From Bacteroidales bacterium (lineage in GTDB: Bacteria > Bacteroidota > Bacteroidia > Bacteroidales > UBA932): DNA of 64,000 bases. The notes beneath the pieces were generated by a model, which ran no database searches, was not told the origin of the DNA, and saw only the letters and a list, made by a program, of their open reading frames with translations. Where the stretch lies: contig JBAZHT010000001.1 of NCBI GenBank assembly GCA_041652255.1, forward strand, positions 59,881 to 123,880, in the 5' to 3' direction. Positions 63,947 to 64,000 of this stretch are shown here, in pieces (within the stretch, counting starts at the first letter, position 1; every line of letters begins with the position of its first letter). The translations under genes were made by a program, and so were the position numbers.

Positions 63947-63954
63947 CAAATATA
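63947..63954 (-). promoter_or_regulatory. -7 box (TAtaTTTG on minus strand) for bamD-rpoZ-recN-nagB
   Basis: Plus-strand caaatata, 15 nt upstream of ATG 63931. Confidence 0.5.
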
Positions 63955-64000
63955 CGACAGTTTAGCAAATTACAGGCCAGATTTCATAGACAGGTAACGT

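Overview
This 64-kb window is a chromosomal stretch from a Bacteroidota (Bacteroidales-like) genome. The taxon call rests on several features:
- TAnnTTTG -7 promoter boxes sit in nearly every intergenic gap.
- Shine-Dalgarno sequences are almost entirely absent.
- The ATP synthase operon has the atpD-atpC-first order.
- The uppS-bamA-skp-skp-murI and bamD-rpoZ-recN blocks are present.
- The urocanase is the long form.

Coding density is very high, with about 58 CDS and 5 tRNAs, essentially all conserved housekeeping genes. From left to right the window contains:
- a PAP2 phosphatase (partial) and lplA
- mutB-mutA-hutU (minus strand)
- rpsU-xerC-hpf
- the F1Fo ATP synthase operon atpD-atpC-orf-atpB-atpE-atpF-atpH-atpA-atpG (minus strand)
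- parE-parC-aroK, then recJ (minus strand)
- lysS-trmH-aroE-ssb
- two tandem MFS transporters (minus strand)
- purA-dxs
- tRNA(Thr-Tyr-Gly-Thr)-tuf-tRNA(Trp)-secE-nusG-rplKAJL-rpoBC
- korAB-gdhA followed by a type II pantothenate-kinase-like gene
- murI-skp-skp-bamA-uppS-nadK (minus strand)
- pdxJ-ompH-purC and a LysM/PBP protein
- nagB-recN-rpoZ-bamD (minus strand)

I found no rRNA, CRISPR array, transposase, phage gene, toxin-antitoxin pair or recognisable defence module. I see no evidence for a novel multi-gene system in this window.

The observations worth a second look are regulatory or architectural:
- An extended SD sits upstream of rpsU and a second free-standing SD upstream of hpf, in an otherwise SD-less gene set.
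- The conserved C-termini of a PanK-II-like gene and murI share a 106-bp dual-coding convergent overlap.
- All six convergent gene pairs abut or overlap.
- The divergent promoter pairs are stereotyped back-to-back, with one face-to-face case.
- Two genes have predicted leaderless starts.
- The ATP synthase subunits are atypical.

All coordinates and motif calls come from reading the sequence by hand. No database search was possible.
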